A stretch of DNA of 46,510 nucleotides from Gaiellaceae bacterium (GCA_035645095.1 DASQNG010000017.1:1-46510); one strand, 5' to 3'; counted from the stretch's first letter, positions 28,738-37,280 are shown. Numbers and translations: made by a program. The notes: generated by a model from the sequence alone, not told the origin.

Positions 28738-28744
28738 CCGGGGC

Positions 28745-30085
28745 GTGACGACGCGCCAATCCGAATCCCCGGCGACGGGCGTGGAGCTCGAGCGGGGATT
28801 CGTGGTCGCGGTTCTGCCGAGGGGCGCCGACGCGGACGGCGAGCTCGCGGAGCTGCACGAGCTCGCGCTGACGGCCGGCGTCGACCCGGTCGGCCGCCTC
28901 GTGCAGCAGCGGACGCAGCCGGATGCGCGGACGTACGTGGGAAAGGGGAAGCTCGAGGAGCTGAAGGCCGCGTACGCCGGGGCCGAGGCCGAGGTGCTGC
29001 TCGTCGACGACGAGCTCGACCCGGTGCAGCAGCGCGCGCTCGAGAACGGTGTCGACGCCCGCGTCGTCGACCGGACGCAGCTGATCCTCGACATCTTCGC
29101 GCAGCACGCGACGAGCGCCGAGGGCAAGCTCCAGGTCGAGCTGGCGCAGCTCGAGTACAACCTGCCGCGGATGCGAGGCATGTGGAAGCACCTCGAGCGC
29201 CTCGGCGGCGGCCGGGGCGTCGTCGGTGCCGGCGTCGGCACGAGAGGCCCCGGCGAGTCGCAGCTCGAGACCGATCGCCGCCTTGCGAACCGGCGGATCA
29301 CGCTGCTGCGGCGGCGCCTGCGGGAGCTCGACCGCCAGCGCGCGCTCCGGCGGAAGGAGCGGAAGCGGACGCAGATGCCGACCGTCGCTCTCGCCGGCTA
29401 CACGAACGTCGGCAAGTCGACGCTCCTGAACGCCCTCACCGGCGCGGACGTGTCCGTGCGGAACCGGCTCTTCGAGACGGTCGACCCGACGACGCGCAGC
29501 TTCGAGCACGAGGGGCGAACGTATCTCGTCACGGACACCGTCGGGTTCATCCGGCGGCTCCCGACGCAGCTCGTCGAGGGGTTCGCGTCGACGCTCGAGG
29601 AGACGCTCGTGGCCGATTTCGTCCTCCACGTCGCGGACGCCTCGGCCGAGGACGAGCAGCTCGAGGAGATGGTCGCAGCGGTCGACGCCGTGCTCGGCGA
29701 CATCCACGCCCACGAGCTTCCGGTCGAGCTCGTCCTGAACAAGATCGACCGTGTCGACCCGCTCCGGCGGCGGCGCCTCGCGAACCGCTTCCCAGGGGCG
29801 CTCCAGCTCTCCGCTGCGCGCGGCGAGGGTCTCGAGGAGTTGCGGGGTCGGATCGCGGAGCGGTTCTCCGACCGGTACGAGGAGGTGCGGCTGCTCCTCC
29901 CGTACGACCACGGCGGCACCCTCGCCGAGCTCTACTCGCTCGGCGCCCCGATCGACGAGCGCGCAGATCTCGAGGACGGCGTGCTCGTGCGTGCGCGCCT
30001 GCCGCGCCGGGAGATTCCCCGCTACGCGCAGTACCTCGTGGCCGATGCAGAGCCTCGCGCGGTGCGTGGGGCCGACGCCACGTGA
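28745..30085 (+). CDS. hflX: GTPase HflX
   Basis: HflX N-terminal domain (…QLILDIFAQHATSAEGKLQVELAQLEY…) plus G-domain motifs GYTNVGKST, DTVGF and NKID. GTG 28745 is in frame within ORF 26609..30085. Confidence 0.93.
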   Translation: MTTRQSESPATGVELERGFVVAVLPRGADADGELAELHELALTAGVDPVGRLVQQRTQPDARTYVGKGKLEELKAAYAGAEAEVLLVDDELDPVQQRALENGVDARVVDRTQLILDIFAQHATSAEGKLQVELAQLEYNLPRMRGMWKHLERLGGGRGVVGAGVGTRGPGESQLETDRRLANRRITLLRRRLRELDRQRALRRKERKRTQMPTVALAGYTNVGKSTLLNALTGADVSVRNRLFETVDPTTRSFEHEGRTYLVTDTVGFIRRLPTQLVEGFASTLEETLVADFVLHVADASAEDEQLEEMVAAVDAVLGDIHAHELPVELVLNKIDRVDPLRRRRLANRFPGALQLSAARGEGLEELRGRIAERFSDRYEEVRLLLPYDHGGTLAELYSLGAPIDERADLEDGVLVRARLPRREIPRYAQYLVADAEPRAVRGADAT

Positions 30086-30513
30086 TCGAGCTCCCGATCG
30101 CGCGCCTGCACCCCGACGCCGTCGTGCCGCGGCGCGCGTACGCCGGCGACGCGGGGCTCGACCTCGCGGCGTGCGAGCGCGTCCTTCTCGGGCCCGGCGA
30201 GCGGGCGACGGTCGGCACCGGCCTCGCGGTCGCGATCCCCGACGGTCATGCCGGCTTCGTGCAGCCGCGCTCCGGGCTCGCGGCGCGCCACGGCGTCACC
30301 GTGCTCAACTCACCGGGACTGATCGACGCCGGCTACCGCGGCGAGCTCCGCGTCGTCCTCCTGAACTCCGACGCCCGCGAGAGCTTCGCGGTCGAGCCCG
30401 GGATGCGGATCGCCCAGCTCGTCGTGCTCGCGCTGCCGGAGGTGGAGCTCGTCGAGGTCGACACGCTCCCGGCCGCCGAGCGCGGCGTGCGCGGTTTCGG
30501 GTCGTCTGCGTGA
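30082..30513 (+). CDS. dut: dUTP diphosphatase
   Basis: Contains AGDAGLDL, GLIDAGYRGEL and C-terminal RGVRGFGSS motifs. 143 aa. The GTG overlaps the hflX stop (GTGA). Confidence 0.93.
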   Translation: MIELPIARLHPDAVVPRRAYAGDAGLDLAACERVLLGPGERATVGTGLAVAIPDGHAGFVQPRSGLAARHGVTVLNSPGLIDAGYRGELRVVLLNSDARESFAVEPGMRIAQLVVLALPEVELVEVDTLPAAERGVRGFGSSA

Positions 30514-30980
30514 TCCACGCCGAGCCGCGCATCCGCGTGTCGGCGATCCTCAGTTGGAACGGCGGCGTCCTCCTCTGCCGCCACGAGAAGCGCGGCCGGT
30601 CGGCGTGGCTCCTCCCCGGCGGCGGCGTCCGCTCCGGGGAGAGCCTGATCGACGCGCTGGGGCGCGAGATGCGCGAGGAGGTGGGGATCGCGCCGCCCTC
30701 CGTCGAAGGTCCCGTCGCGCTCGTGGACTCGATCGCGCCGCCCGTGAAGGTCGCCGGACGCGACCTCGTGCCGAAGCACGTCGTGCACGTGATCTTCGCG
30801 GGCGCGCTCGATGGGTCGCTCGAGGGGGTGGTGTCGCAGGATCTCGCCGTGCGCGGCCATCGCCTGTTCGAGCGCGAGGAGCTGGAGACCATCGTGCTGC
30901 ACCCTCCGATCGGGCGCTTCCTCGCGCGGTGGCAACCGGGCGACCCCGCCGTGTATCTCGGAGCGGTCTGGACGCCGTGA
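30510..30980 (+). CDS. NUDIX hydrolase
   Basis: Nudix box GGGVRSGESLIDALGREMREEVGI. 156 aa. The GTG overlaps the dut stop (GTGA). Confidence 0.85.
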   Translation: MIHAEPRIRVSAILSWNGGVLLCRHEKRGRSAWLLPGGGVRSGESLIDALGREMREEVGIAPPSVEGPVALVDSIAPPVKVAGRDLVPKHVVHVIFAGALDGSLEGVVSQDLAVRGHRLFEREELETIVLHPPIGRFLARWQPGDPAVYLGAVWTP

Positions 30981-31009
30981 ACCGGCCGCGGAGTGACGGC
31001 GGCCGGTTC
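30979..31009 (+). terminator. Hairpin after the hflX-dut-NUDIX operon
   Basis: A perfect 11-bp stem GAACCGGCCGC / GCGGCCGGTTC with a 9-nt loop, starting inside the NUDIX stop codon. There is no U-tract (common in high-GC genomes). Confidence 0.55.
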
Positions 31010-31042
31010 GTGCGCCGGGCCGGGCTGGAGTAGGTTCCGGAC

Positions 31043-32437
31043 GTGGCGCACGACGACCTGCTCCGGCTCACCGCGGAGTACGCAGCGCAGTACCTGGACG
31101 CGGTGGACGCACGCCCGGTGCGGCCCGAGGCGGACGTTCTCGCTCTCCGCGAGGCGCTCGGCGGCCCGCTCCAGGAGAGGCCCCTACCGCCGGACGAGGT
31201 GGTCGCCGCGCTCGTGGTCGGGGCCGAGCCCGGCCTCGTCGGGATCGCCGGCAGCAGGTACTTCGGCTTCGTCATCGGCGGGGCGCTGCCGGCTGCGGTC
31301 GCCGCCGACTGGCTCACGTCCACGTGGGATCAGAACGCCGGGCTCGTCGCGGGCGGCCCGGCCGCGGCCGTCGTCGAGGAGGTGGTGCTCGAGTGGCTCC
31401 GCGGGCTGCTCCACCTCCCTGCGCACGCGAGCGGCGGCCTCGTCACCGGCTGCCAGCTGGCGCACGTGACCGCCCTCGCCGCTGCCCGCCACCACGTGCT
31501 CGCGCAGCGGGGCTGGGACGTGCTCGAGGTCGGGCTGCAGGGCGCGCCGTGCATCCGTGTCGTGGTGGGGGAGGAGCGGCACGTGACCGTCGACCGCGCG
31601 CTCCGGTTCCTCGGGATCGGCAGCAGCCAGATCGTCGCGGTGCCCTCGGACGGCCAGGGGCGGCTGCGCGTCGAGCTCCTGCCCGACGTGCTGCGGGCGG
31701 ACGATGCTCCGACGATCGTGTGCGTGCAGGCCGGGAACGTGAACACCGGCGCCTGCGATGACCTCGGTGCGGCCGCGGACGCCGCCGCCGCTGCCGGCGC
31801 GTGGCTGCACGTCGACGGCGCGTTCGGCCTCTGGGCGGCCGCGTCGCCGCTCCACCGTCACCTCGTCGCCGGCGTCGAGCGCGCCGACTCCTGGGCCACG
31901 GACGCGCACAAGTGGCTGAACGTCCCGTACGACTCCGGGCTCGCGTTCTGCGCGCATCCCGAAGCGCATCGCGCGGCGATGTCCGTCCGCGCCAGCTACC
32001 TCGAGCAGGTGGAGCCGGACGCGGCGCGCGACCAGATGGACTGGAACCCGGAGTTCTCGCGCCGCGCCCGGGGGTTCCCCGTCTACGCGGCGCTCCGCTC
32101 GCTCGGGCGGGAGGGCGTCGCCGAGCTCGTCGAACGCTGCTGCGCCCACGCACGGCGGTTCGCGGAGGTGCTCGGCGCGGCCGACGGCGTCGAGATCCTG
32201 AACGACGTCGTCCTCAACCAGGTGCTCGTCCGCTTCGGTGACGACGACCGCCTGACGGCCGAGGTCGTCCGGCGGGTCCAGGAGGAGGGGACGCTGTGGC
32301 TGTCCGGAACGACGTGGCACGGACGCGGCGCGATGCGCATCAGCGTGTCGAGCTGGCGCACGACCGAGGAGGACGTGGCGCGGAGCGCGACGGCAATCCT
32401 AGTAGCGGCCGCCACGGTCGCGGGCGCGTTGCGCTGA
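31043..32437 (+). CDS. Pyridoxal-dependent (group II) amino-acid decarboxylase family protein
   Basis: 464 aa with the DAHKW PLP-lysine motif, the upstream …GGLVTGCQLAHV… segment, and a fold-type I pattern. TAGGTT lies 6 nt upstream of the GTG start. Confidence 0.85.
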   Translation: MAHDDLLRLTAEYAAQYLDAVDARPVRPEADVLALREALGGPLQERPLPPDEVVAALVVGAEPGLVGIAGSRYFGFVIGGALPAAVAADWLTSTWDQNAGLVAGGPAAAVVEEVVLEWLRGLLHLPAHASGGLVTGCQLAHVTALAAARHHVLAQRGWDVLEVGLQGAPCIRVVVGEERHVTVDRALRFLGIGSSQIVAVPSDGQGRLRVELLPDVLRADDAPTIVCVQAGNVNTGACDDLGAAADAAAAAGAWLHVDGAFGLWAAASPLHRHLVAGVERADSWATDAHKWLNVPYDSGLAFCAHPEAHRAAMSVRASYLEQVEPDAARDQMDWNPEFSRRARGFPVYAALRSLGREGVAELVERCCAHARRFAEVLGAADGVEILNDVVLNQVLVRFGDDDRLTAEVVRRVQEEGTLWLSGTTWHGRGAMRISVSSWRTTEEDVARSATAILVAAATVAGALR

Positions 32438-33148
32438 CACCTCTCGGGCCTGGGCCTCCAGCGTGTCCGGCAGCGGCTCGAGCACCGGCGGCTCGCCGCG
32501 CGTCGCGTGCGCGAGCGCCTGCGCAAGCAGCCAGTCGGCGAGCCACGGGTTCCGCGGCAGGAGCGGGCCGTGCAGGTACGTGCCGACGGCGCGGTGTACC
32601 CGGCAGCCCTCGTAGCCGGAGGCACCGTCGTTCCCGAAGCCGGCCTCGACGCGCCCGAGCGGCACCGCCCCCGGGTCGAGCCGCGTGCGGCCGGCGTGGT
32701 TCTCGAACCCGGCCAGCGGCCGCCGCTCCCCTTCGACGTCGCACTCGAGCAGCACGTCGCCGATCATCCGCCGCTCGCCCGCCACGGTCTCGTGCGGGAA
32801 GAGCCCGATCCCGGGCATGTCGCTGCCGTGGAAGCCGCGGTAGCCGCGCCCGAGAAGCTGGTAGCCGCCGCAGACGGCGAGGATCGCGGCCCCTCCGGCG
32901 GCAGCCTCCCGCACCGCCTCGCCCTTCGCGACCAGGTCCGGCGCGACGAGCGCCTGCTCGCGGTCCTGGCCGCCGCCGATGTAGAGGAGGTCGTGCGCCC
33001 CCGCCCGCAGCGTGTGGCCCACGGAGACGCCCTCGACGTCGAGCTCGTGGCCGCGCAGGGCGGCTCGGCGCGCGAGGACCGCGATGTTGCCGCGGTCGGC
33101 GTAGATGTTCAGGTAGTCGGGATAGAGGTGGCCGACGCGGATCCTCAT
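32399..33148 (-). CDS. gatD: Lipid II isoglutaminyl synthase, glutaminase subunit GatD (CobB/CobQ-like GATase)
   Basis: Contains YPDYLNIYADRGNI, ILAVCGGYQLLG (catalytic Cys) and ENHAGRT motifs. The ATG overlaps the murT stop (ATGA). This is the C-terminal 249 codons of ORF 32399..33889. Confidence 0.85.
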   Translation of the reverse strand: MRIRVGHLYPDYLNIYADRGNIAVLARRAALRGHELDVEGVSVGHTLRAGAHDLLYIGGGQDREQALVAPDLVAKGEAVREAAAGGAAILAVCGGYQLLGRGYRGFHGSDMPGIGLFPHETVAGERRMIGDVLLECDVEGERRPLAGFENHAGRTRLDPGAVPLGRVEAGFGNDGASGYEGCRVHRAVGTYLHGPLLPRNPWLADWLLAQALAHATRGEPPVLEPLPDTLEAQAREVSAQRARDRGGRY

Positions 33149-34512
33149 GACGCCTCCCAGTACGGCCGCACGAGCCCCTGATCGCTCACGATGCGGCGGA
33201 GCGCGAGCATCGCGGTGTAGGTCGGCAGCACCGCGGCCTCGCCGCCGGCGTCCGTTGCCTCCAGCGCACGGCGGAGGGCGCGGGCGAGGTCGGGCTCGAC
33301 CTCGAGCTGCTGCTCGTCGAGACCGCCGTAGGTGCAACGCAGCGCGAGCTCGGCCGCGCGGCTGCCGGTTGCGACGACCATCCCGACGCGCTCCAGCAGC
33401 GGCTCGAAATCGACGTCCCAGATCCACGACACGTCCTGCCCATCGGCGATCGCGTCGTTCAGGGCGACGAGGAGCACCGGCGGCACGCCGCCGTCGACGA
33501 GCGTCCGCACGACCTCGTTCGCCCCTGTGGGGTTCTTGATCAGGAGCACGAGGAGGGACTTGTCGCCGGCCGCGATGCGCTCGAAGCGCCCGAACGCCGC
33601 GCCGAAGCGCGCGAGCCCCTCCCGGATCTCGTCGAGCGAGGCGCCGAGCACCTGCGCGAGTGCCGCAGCGCCGACCGCGTTGTAGACGTTGTAGAGGCCG
33701 GGGAGCGCGAGCCGGACGCGGGTCGAGCCTGCTGGGGTGACGAGGTCGAACGACGCTCCCTCGAGCCCGTCCAGCTCGATCGCGCGCGCGAGCACCTCCC
33801 GTTCGGGTGGGCCGTGCCCACAGCTGGCGCAACGGTAGTCGCCGAGATGGCCGACGTAGGCGGCGGTGAACTCGTACGGCCGGCCGCACCGGACGCAGTA
33901 GCGCGAGTCGGCAGCGTGTTGGAGGGACGCTCGCGCGTGCCGCGCGTCGTCGAGGCCGAACGCGACGACGTCGCTGCGGCCCCGGGCGAGGTCACCCACC
34001 TGAGGGTCGTCCCCGTTCGCGACGACGACCGTCGAGGCGGGGAGGGCGGCGACCATCTCGCGCCAACGCGCGGCGAGAAGCTCCAGCTCGCCGTAGCGGT
34101 CGAGCTGGTCGCGGAAGAGGTTCCCGAGCAGGAGCACGCGCGGTCGCACGCGCCGAGCCGCCTCGGGGAGCGCCGCCTCGTCGACCTCGAGCAGCCCGAG
34201 GTCCGCCTCGCGCACCGCGAGCAGCGTCGACGCGATGCCTGAAAGAAGGTTCGCGCCGGAGCGGTTCCACGCGAGCCGCCTGCCGCGGCCGAGGATCTCC
34301 GCGACCATCGCCGTCGTCGTCGTCTTCCCGTTCGTCGCCGAGACGAGTGCGGCGCCGTGGGGGAGCCGTGCTGCAAGTGCGTCGATCGCGCCGGGGTCGA
34401 GCTTCCAAAGCAGCTTCCCCGGGATCGTGGTACCGCCTCCTGCGCCGGCGAGGCGCGAGAGGCGCGCTGCGGCGCGTGCGGCGAAGGTCTCGACGGCGAG
34501 CCGGGCGCTCAT
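33145..34512 (-). CDS. murT: Lipid II isoglutaminyl synthase, Mur-ligase-like subunit MurT
   Basis: Mur ligase P-loop SATNGKTTTT, a four-Cys ribbon (CVRC...CASC), and a DUF1727-like C-terminus with DVSWIWDVDFE. 455 aa starting at ATG 34512. Confidence 0.88.
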   Translation of the reverse strand: MSARLAVETFAARAAARLSRLAGAGGGTTIPGKLLWKLDPGAIDALAARLPHGAALVSATNGKTTTTAMVAEILGRGRRLAWNRSGANLLSGIASTLLAVREADLGLLEVDEAALPEAARRVRPRVLLLGNLFRDQLDRYGELELLAARWREMVAALPASTVVVANGDDPQVGDLARGRSDVVAFGLDDARHARASLQHAADSRYCVRCGRPYEFTAAYVGHLGDYRCASCGHGPPEREVLARAIELDGLEGASFDLVTPAGSTRVRLALPGLYNVYNAVGAAALAQVLGASLDEIREGLARFGAAFGRFERIAAGDKSLLVLLIKNPTGANEVVRTLVDGGVPPVLLVALNDAIADGQDVSWIWDVDFEPLLERVGMVVATGSRAAELALRCTYGGLDEQQLEVEPDLARALRRALEATDAGGEAAVLPTYTAMLALRRIVSDQGLVRPYWEAS

Positions 34513-34583
34513 GCGGCGCGAGCGTAGCGGCTGAACGGCCCGTCGCGGCAGGTGCAGGGCAGACGTTCCATGCTCGGCCGCTG

Positions 34584-34611
34584 TTGCAAGTCGTCTCTGA
34601 TGCTCTAGGCT
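34584..34611 (+). promoter_or_regulatory. Candidate promoter giving a leaderless transcript for the three-repeat protein gene
   Basis: TTGCAA (34584-34589), a 16-nt spacer, TAGGCT (34606-34611), then 6 nt and ATG 34618. Confidence 0.45.
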
Positions 34612-34617
34612 GCTTGC

Positions 34618-35298
34618 ATGCGCAGATCTCGCCGTCACCCCGCCGTCGCGCGAATCGATCCCGGCGCCCTCGCCGCCTTCCAGGCCGGGATCCGGAAGCG
34701 CTACTCCGACGAGGAGATCCTGCGGCAGCTGACCGACTGCGCCGAGCGGCTCGGGCGCTCCCCGACGATGCGCGAGTTGGCGGCCGACGGGGAGACGACC
34801 GTGCACCCGCAGACCGTGATCGAGCACTTCGGCAGCTGGAACGCCGCGAAGCGCCGCGCCGGCCTCGTACCTCGCCGCTTCGCGACACGGGAGGAGCTGC
34901 TCGGGCAGCTCCGCGCGCTCGGGGACGAGCTGGGGAGGACGCCGACGGCTCGTGACATCGACGAGCGAAAGAGGTCGATGCCGTCGAAGTCGCTGCTCTG
35001 GCACACCTTCGGGTCGCTGGCTGCAGCGCTCCGGGAGGCGGGCTTCGACGTCCCGCTCGGCGAAGAGCGCCTCGAGCGGGCCGTCGTGCAGGGGGCGACG
35101 CTCGCTCGGGGGCTGGGGCGGCTGCCGAAGATGGCGGACTGGGCGGAGGCGCGCCGCGCGGACGACTCGCTGCTCACCGAGTGGCAGGTCTACCGGATGA
35201 TCGACGTGCAGCCGGCGTGGGCGGCGTTCCAGTTCCTCGTGCGGGAGCGACTGGTCGCTGAGGGAGCGGCCGTCGACGCCGACGGCAGCGTGCGTTAG
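34618..35298 (+). CDS. Hypothetical protein made of three tandem ~60-aa repeats resembling homing-endonuclease-associated (HNH_repeat-like) repeats
   Basis: 226-aa ORF. The repeats carry LGR[ST]P[TK] at residues 45, 105 and 166, and FGSW/FGSL at residues 71 and 131. The start has a TTGCAA-16-TAGGCT-6-ATG promoter geometry. The CDS itself is well supported, but the family assignment is from memory. Confidence 0.7.
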   Translation: MRRSRRHPAVARIDPGALAAFQAGIRKRYSDEEILRQLTDCAERLGRSPTMRELAADGETTVHPQTVIEHFGSWNAAKRRAGLVPRRFATREELLGQLRALGDELGRTPTARDIDERKRSMPSKSLLWHTFGSLAAALREAGFDVPLGEERLERAVVQGATLARGLGRLPKMADWAEARRADDSLLTEWQVYRMIDVQPAWAAFQFLVRERLVAEGAAVDADGSVR

Positions 35299-36089
35299 GC
35301 CGCGAGCGCGATGGCGGCGAGCCGCCGCAGGCACGACGCGCCCTCGCCGGGCGAGCGCACGGCTGGGAGGACGGTCTCTTCCACGTACGAGGGGTCGGGG
35401 CGGAAGCCCGCCTGCGCCGTCACCCGTCCGTCCTGCACCCGGAGCAGCGTTCCCTCGGGGACCTCGCGCTTCCGCAGCGTCAACCGCATCGTGTCCTGGA
35501 GCACCTCCAGCGCGCCCCGGGTCGACGCGAAGAAGAGCTCGCGCGCCGCGGTTCCGATCCACAGCGGGCGCCCGACGCTGCGGGCGAGGAAGACGGTCGA
35601 GGTGACGCGCTCGTCGAGCCATGCCGTCGCCATCGCGCCGTGCAGCTCCTCGAGCGCCTCCACATCGCCGGCCGCGTGATCCGCGAGTGCGAAGATGGCC
35701 TCCGAGTCGACCGTCATCTGTGGGTGGGCGCGGTCGAACCCGTAGCGCGCGAAGATCGCCTCGTCATTGACGATGATCCCGTTGTGCACTCCGACCACGG
35801 CGCCGTGACGGATCGGGTGGTTGTTCGCCTCGATCGTCGGATGCCCCTTCGTGTAGTCACGCACGTGCACGAGCGCCTGCGTCGCCTCGAAGGGGACGCT
35901 CAACTCCTCGAGCAGTGCGCTCGCGCCGCTGCGGCGCTTGTGGACGGTCACCGCACGCCCGGCGCCGCGGAACGCGTACCCGACCGCGTCGGCCCCGCGC
36001 TCGGCGATCCCGGCCAGCAGGGCCTGCGCCGCGAGCGTGCGATTCACGCTCGACTCGGGGCTCACGCTGTAACCAGCAATACCACACAT
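35295..36089 (-). CDS. Class II (Ntn) glutamine amidotransferase domain protein, stand-alone
   Basis: Starts MCGIAGY (catalytic Cys2), with HVRDYTKG...NNHP and HNGII motifs of GATase-2. 264 aa with no fused synthase domain. Confidence 0.85.
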   Translation of the reverse strand: MCGIAGYSVSPESSVNRTLAAQALLAGIAERGADAVGYAFRGAGRAVTVHKRRSGASALLEELSVPFEATQALVHVRDYTKGHPTIEANNHPIRHGAVVGVHNGIIVNDEAIFARYGFDRAHPQMTVDSEAIFALADHAAGDVEALEELHGAMATAWLDERVTSTVFLARSVGRPLWIGTAARELFFASTRGALEVLQDTMRLTLRKREVPEGTLLRVQDGRVTAQAGFRPDPSYVEETVLPAVRSPGEGASCLRRLAAIALAA

Positions 36090-36133
36090 TTCAGGGACTC
36101 ATCCTAGAGACGCTAGTGGCCTCTCTCGATTTG

Positions 36134-36147
36134 CGTTTTGTAAAACG
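36134..36147. promoter_or_regulatory. AT-rich inverted repeat CGTTTT-GT-AAAACG in the divergent GATase / sigma-factor control region
   Basis: 6-bp perfect arms separated by 2 nt. This is the most AT-rich spot of the window. It is a candidate operator. Confidence 0.3.
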
Positions 36148-36181
36148 TGAGACGGGACGCCGCCGAGCAAGTTAGCAGTGG

Positions 36182-36202
36182 CCTCGGCCAGCTCGGCCGA
36201 GG
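36182..36202 (+). promoter_or_regulatory. 8-bp stem / 5-nt loop hairpin upstream of the sigma-factor gene
   Basis: CCTCGGCC-AGCTC-GGCCGAGG. It could be a 5'-UTR structure. Its function is unknown. Confidence 0.25.
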
Positions 36203-36313
36203 GGTTCGGCTACATCTTTCGCCGGCGACGGCCGGGTACCTCTCCTCCCACAGAGTAGTCGTTTCTCCTCAAACCTCAAGTCTCAGACGGGGGATGCCGA
36301 TGAAAGCTGCAGG

Positions 36314-37264
36314 ATGGAGCTTCAGAACGCCGAGCCGCTCCTCGATGCCGAGCCTCGGCTCGCCCTCGTGCCGCCGCTCGCGGAGCCGGAGCTGCCCGAA
36401 GCCGGGGAGGAGGCCAGCCCCCGCCGGCCGCTCGCGCCGGAGCCGACGCAGGATGCTCTCAAGCTGTACGTCCGGCAGATCGGTGACGGGCGCCTCCTGA
36501 CGGCAGCGGAGGAGCGGGAGCTCGCGCGGCGCAAGGATCTCGGGGACGAGGCCGCGAAGCAACGGCTGATCGAGGCGAACCTGCGGCTCGTGATGTCGAT
36601 CACGCGGCACTACGCCAAGGCGAGCGTGCCACTGCTCGACCTGATCCAGGAGGGGAACCTCGGCCTGATCCGCGCCGTCGAGAAGTTCGACTACCAACTC
36701 GGGTTCAAGCTGTCGACGTACGCGACGTGGTGGATCCGGCAGGCGATCTCACGCGCCCTCGCCGAACAGGGCCGGACGATCAGGCTCCCCGTGCACGTCG
36801 CCGACCAGGTGCGACGCGTCACGCGCGCGCGCCGGCTGCTGGCGCAGAAACTGAACCGCCACCCGACGCTGGAGGAGGTCGCAGCCGAGAGTGGCTTCCC
36901 GCCGCACCGTGTGCGCGAGCTGCTCGAGTTGATCGAGGACCCGATCAGCCTCGAGACGCCTGTCGGAGATGGCGAGAGCAGGTACGGCGACCTGATCCGG
37001 GACACGATGGCGGCCGAGCCGGAGGCCGAGACTGCCGACCGGTTGCGCTCCACCGAGCTGACAGCGGCGCTTCGCGGTCTCGACCCGCGGATGCGGCACG
37101 TGTTGGCGCACCGCTTCGGCCTCGGCGGCGTCCAGCCCCAGACGCTCGAGGAGATCGGCACCGACCTCGGCATCACCCGCGAGCGGGTGCGCCAGCTCGA
37201 GACACGCGCGCTCCGGGAGCTTCGGACGGCCGCGCCGGGGCTCGAGCTCTACCTGCAGACGTAG
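36314..37264 (+). CDS. RNA polymerase sigma-70 family factor (group 2-like)
   Basis: Has regions 1.2-4.2: [50 protein letters not shown] and [12 protein letters not shown]. It lacks a region 1.1. Confidence 0.9.
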   Translation: MELQNAEPLLDAEPRLALVPPLAEPELPEAGEEASPRRPLAPEPTQDALKLYVRQIGDGRLLTAAEERELARRKDLGDEAAKQRLIEANLRLVMSITRHYAKASVPLLDLIQEGNLGLIRAVEKFDYQLGFKLSTYATWWIRQAISRALAEQGRTIRLPVHVADQVRRVTRARRLLAQKLNRHPTLEEVAAESGFPPHRVRELLELIEDPISLETPVGDGESRYGDLIRDTMAAEPEAETADRLRSTELTAALRGLDPRMRHVLAHRFGLGGVQPQTLEEIGTDLGITRERVRQLETRALRELRTAAPGLELYLQT

Positions 37265-37280
37265 GGGTACGCTGGGTCGC

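Noticed and set aside
26609-28744. N-terminal part of the 1158-aa ORF 26609..30085.
   Set aside because: It is antisense to dapC and dapE and has no motifs. The HflX homology begins at GTG 28745.
36314-37264. The nearby alternative sigma factor as the WhiG-type partner of the RsiG-like ORF.
   Set aside because: It has region 1.2 and the [11 protein letters not shown] region 2.4 typical of group 1/2 sigmas, not a FliA/WhiG-type (group 3) factor. It is also 7 kb away on the other strand.
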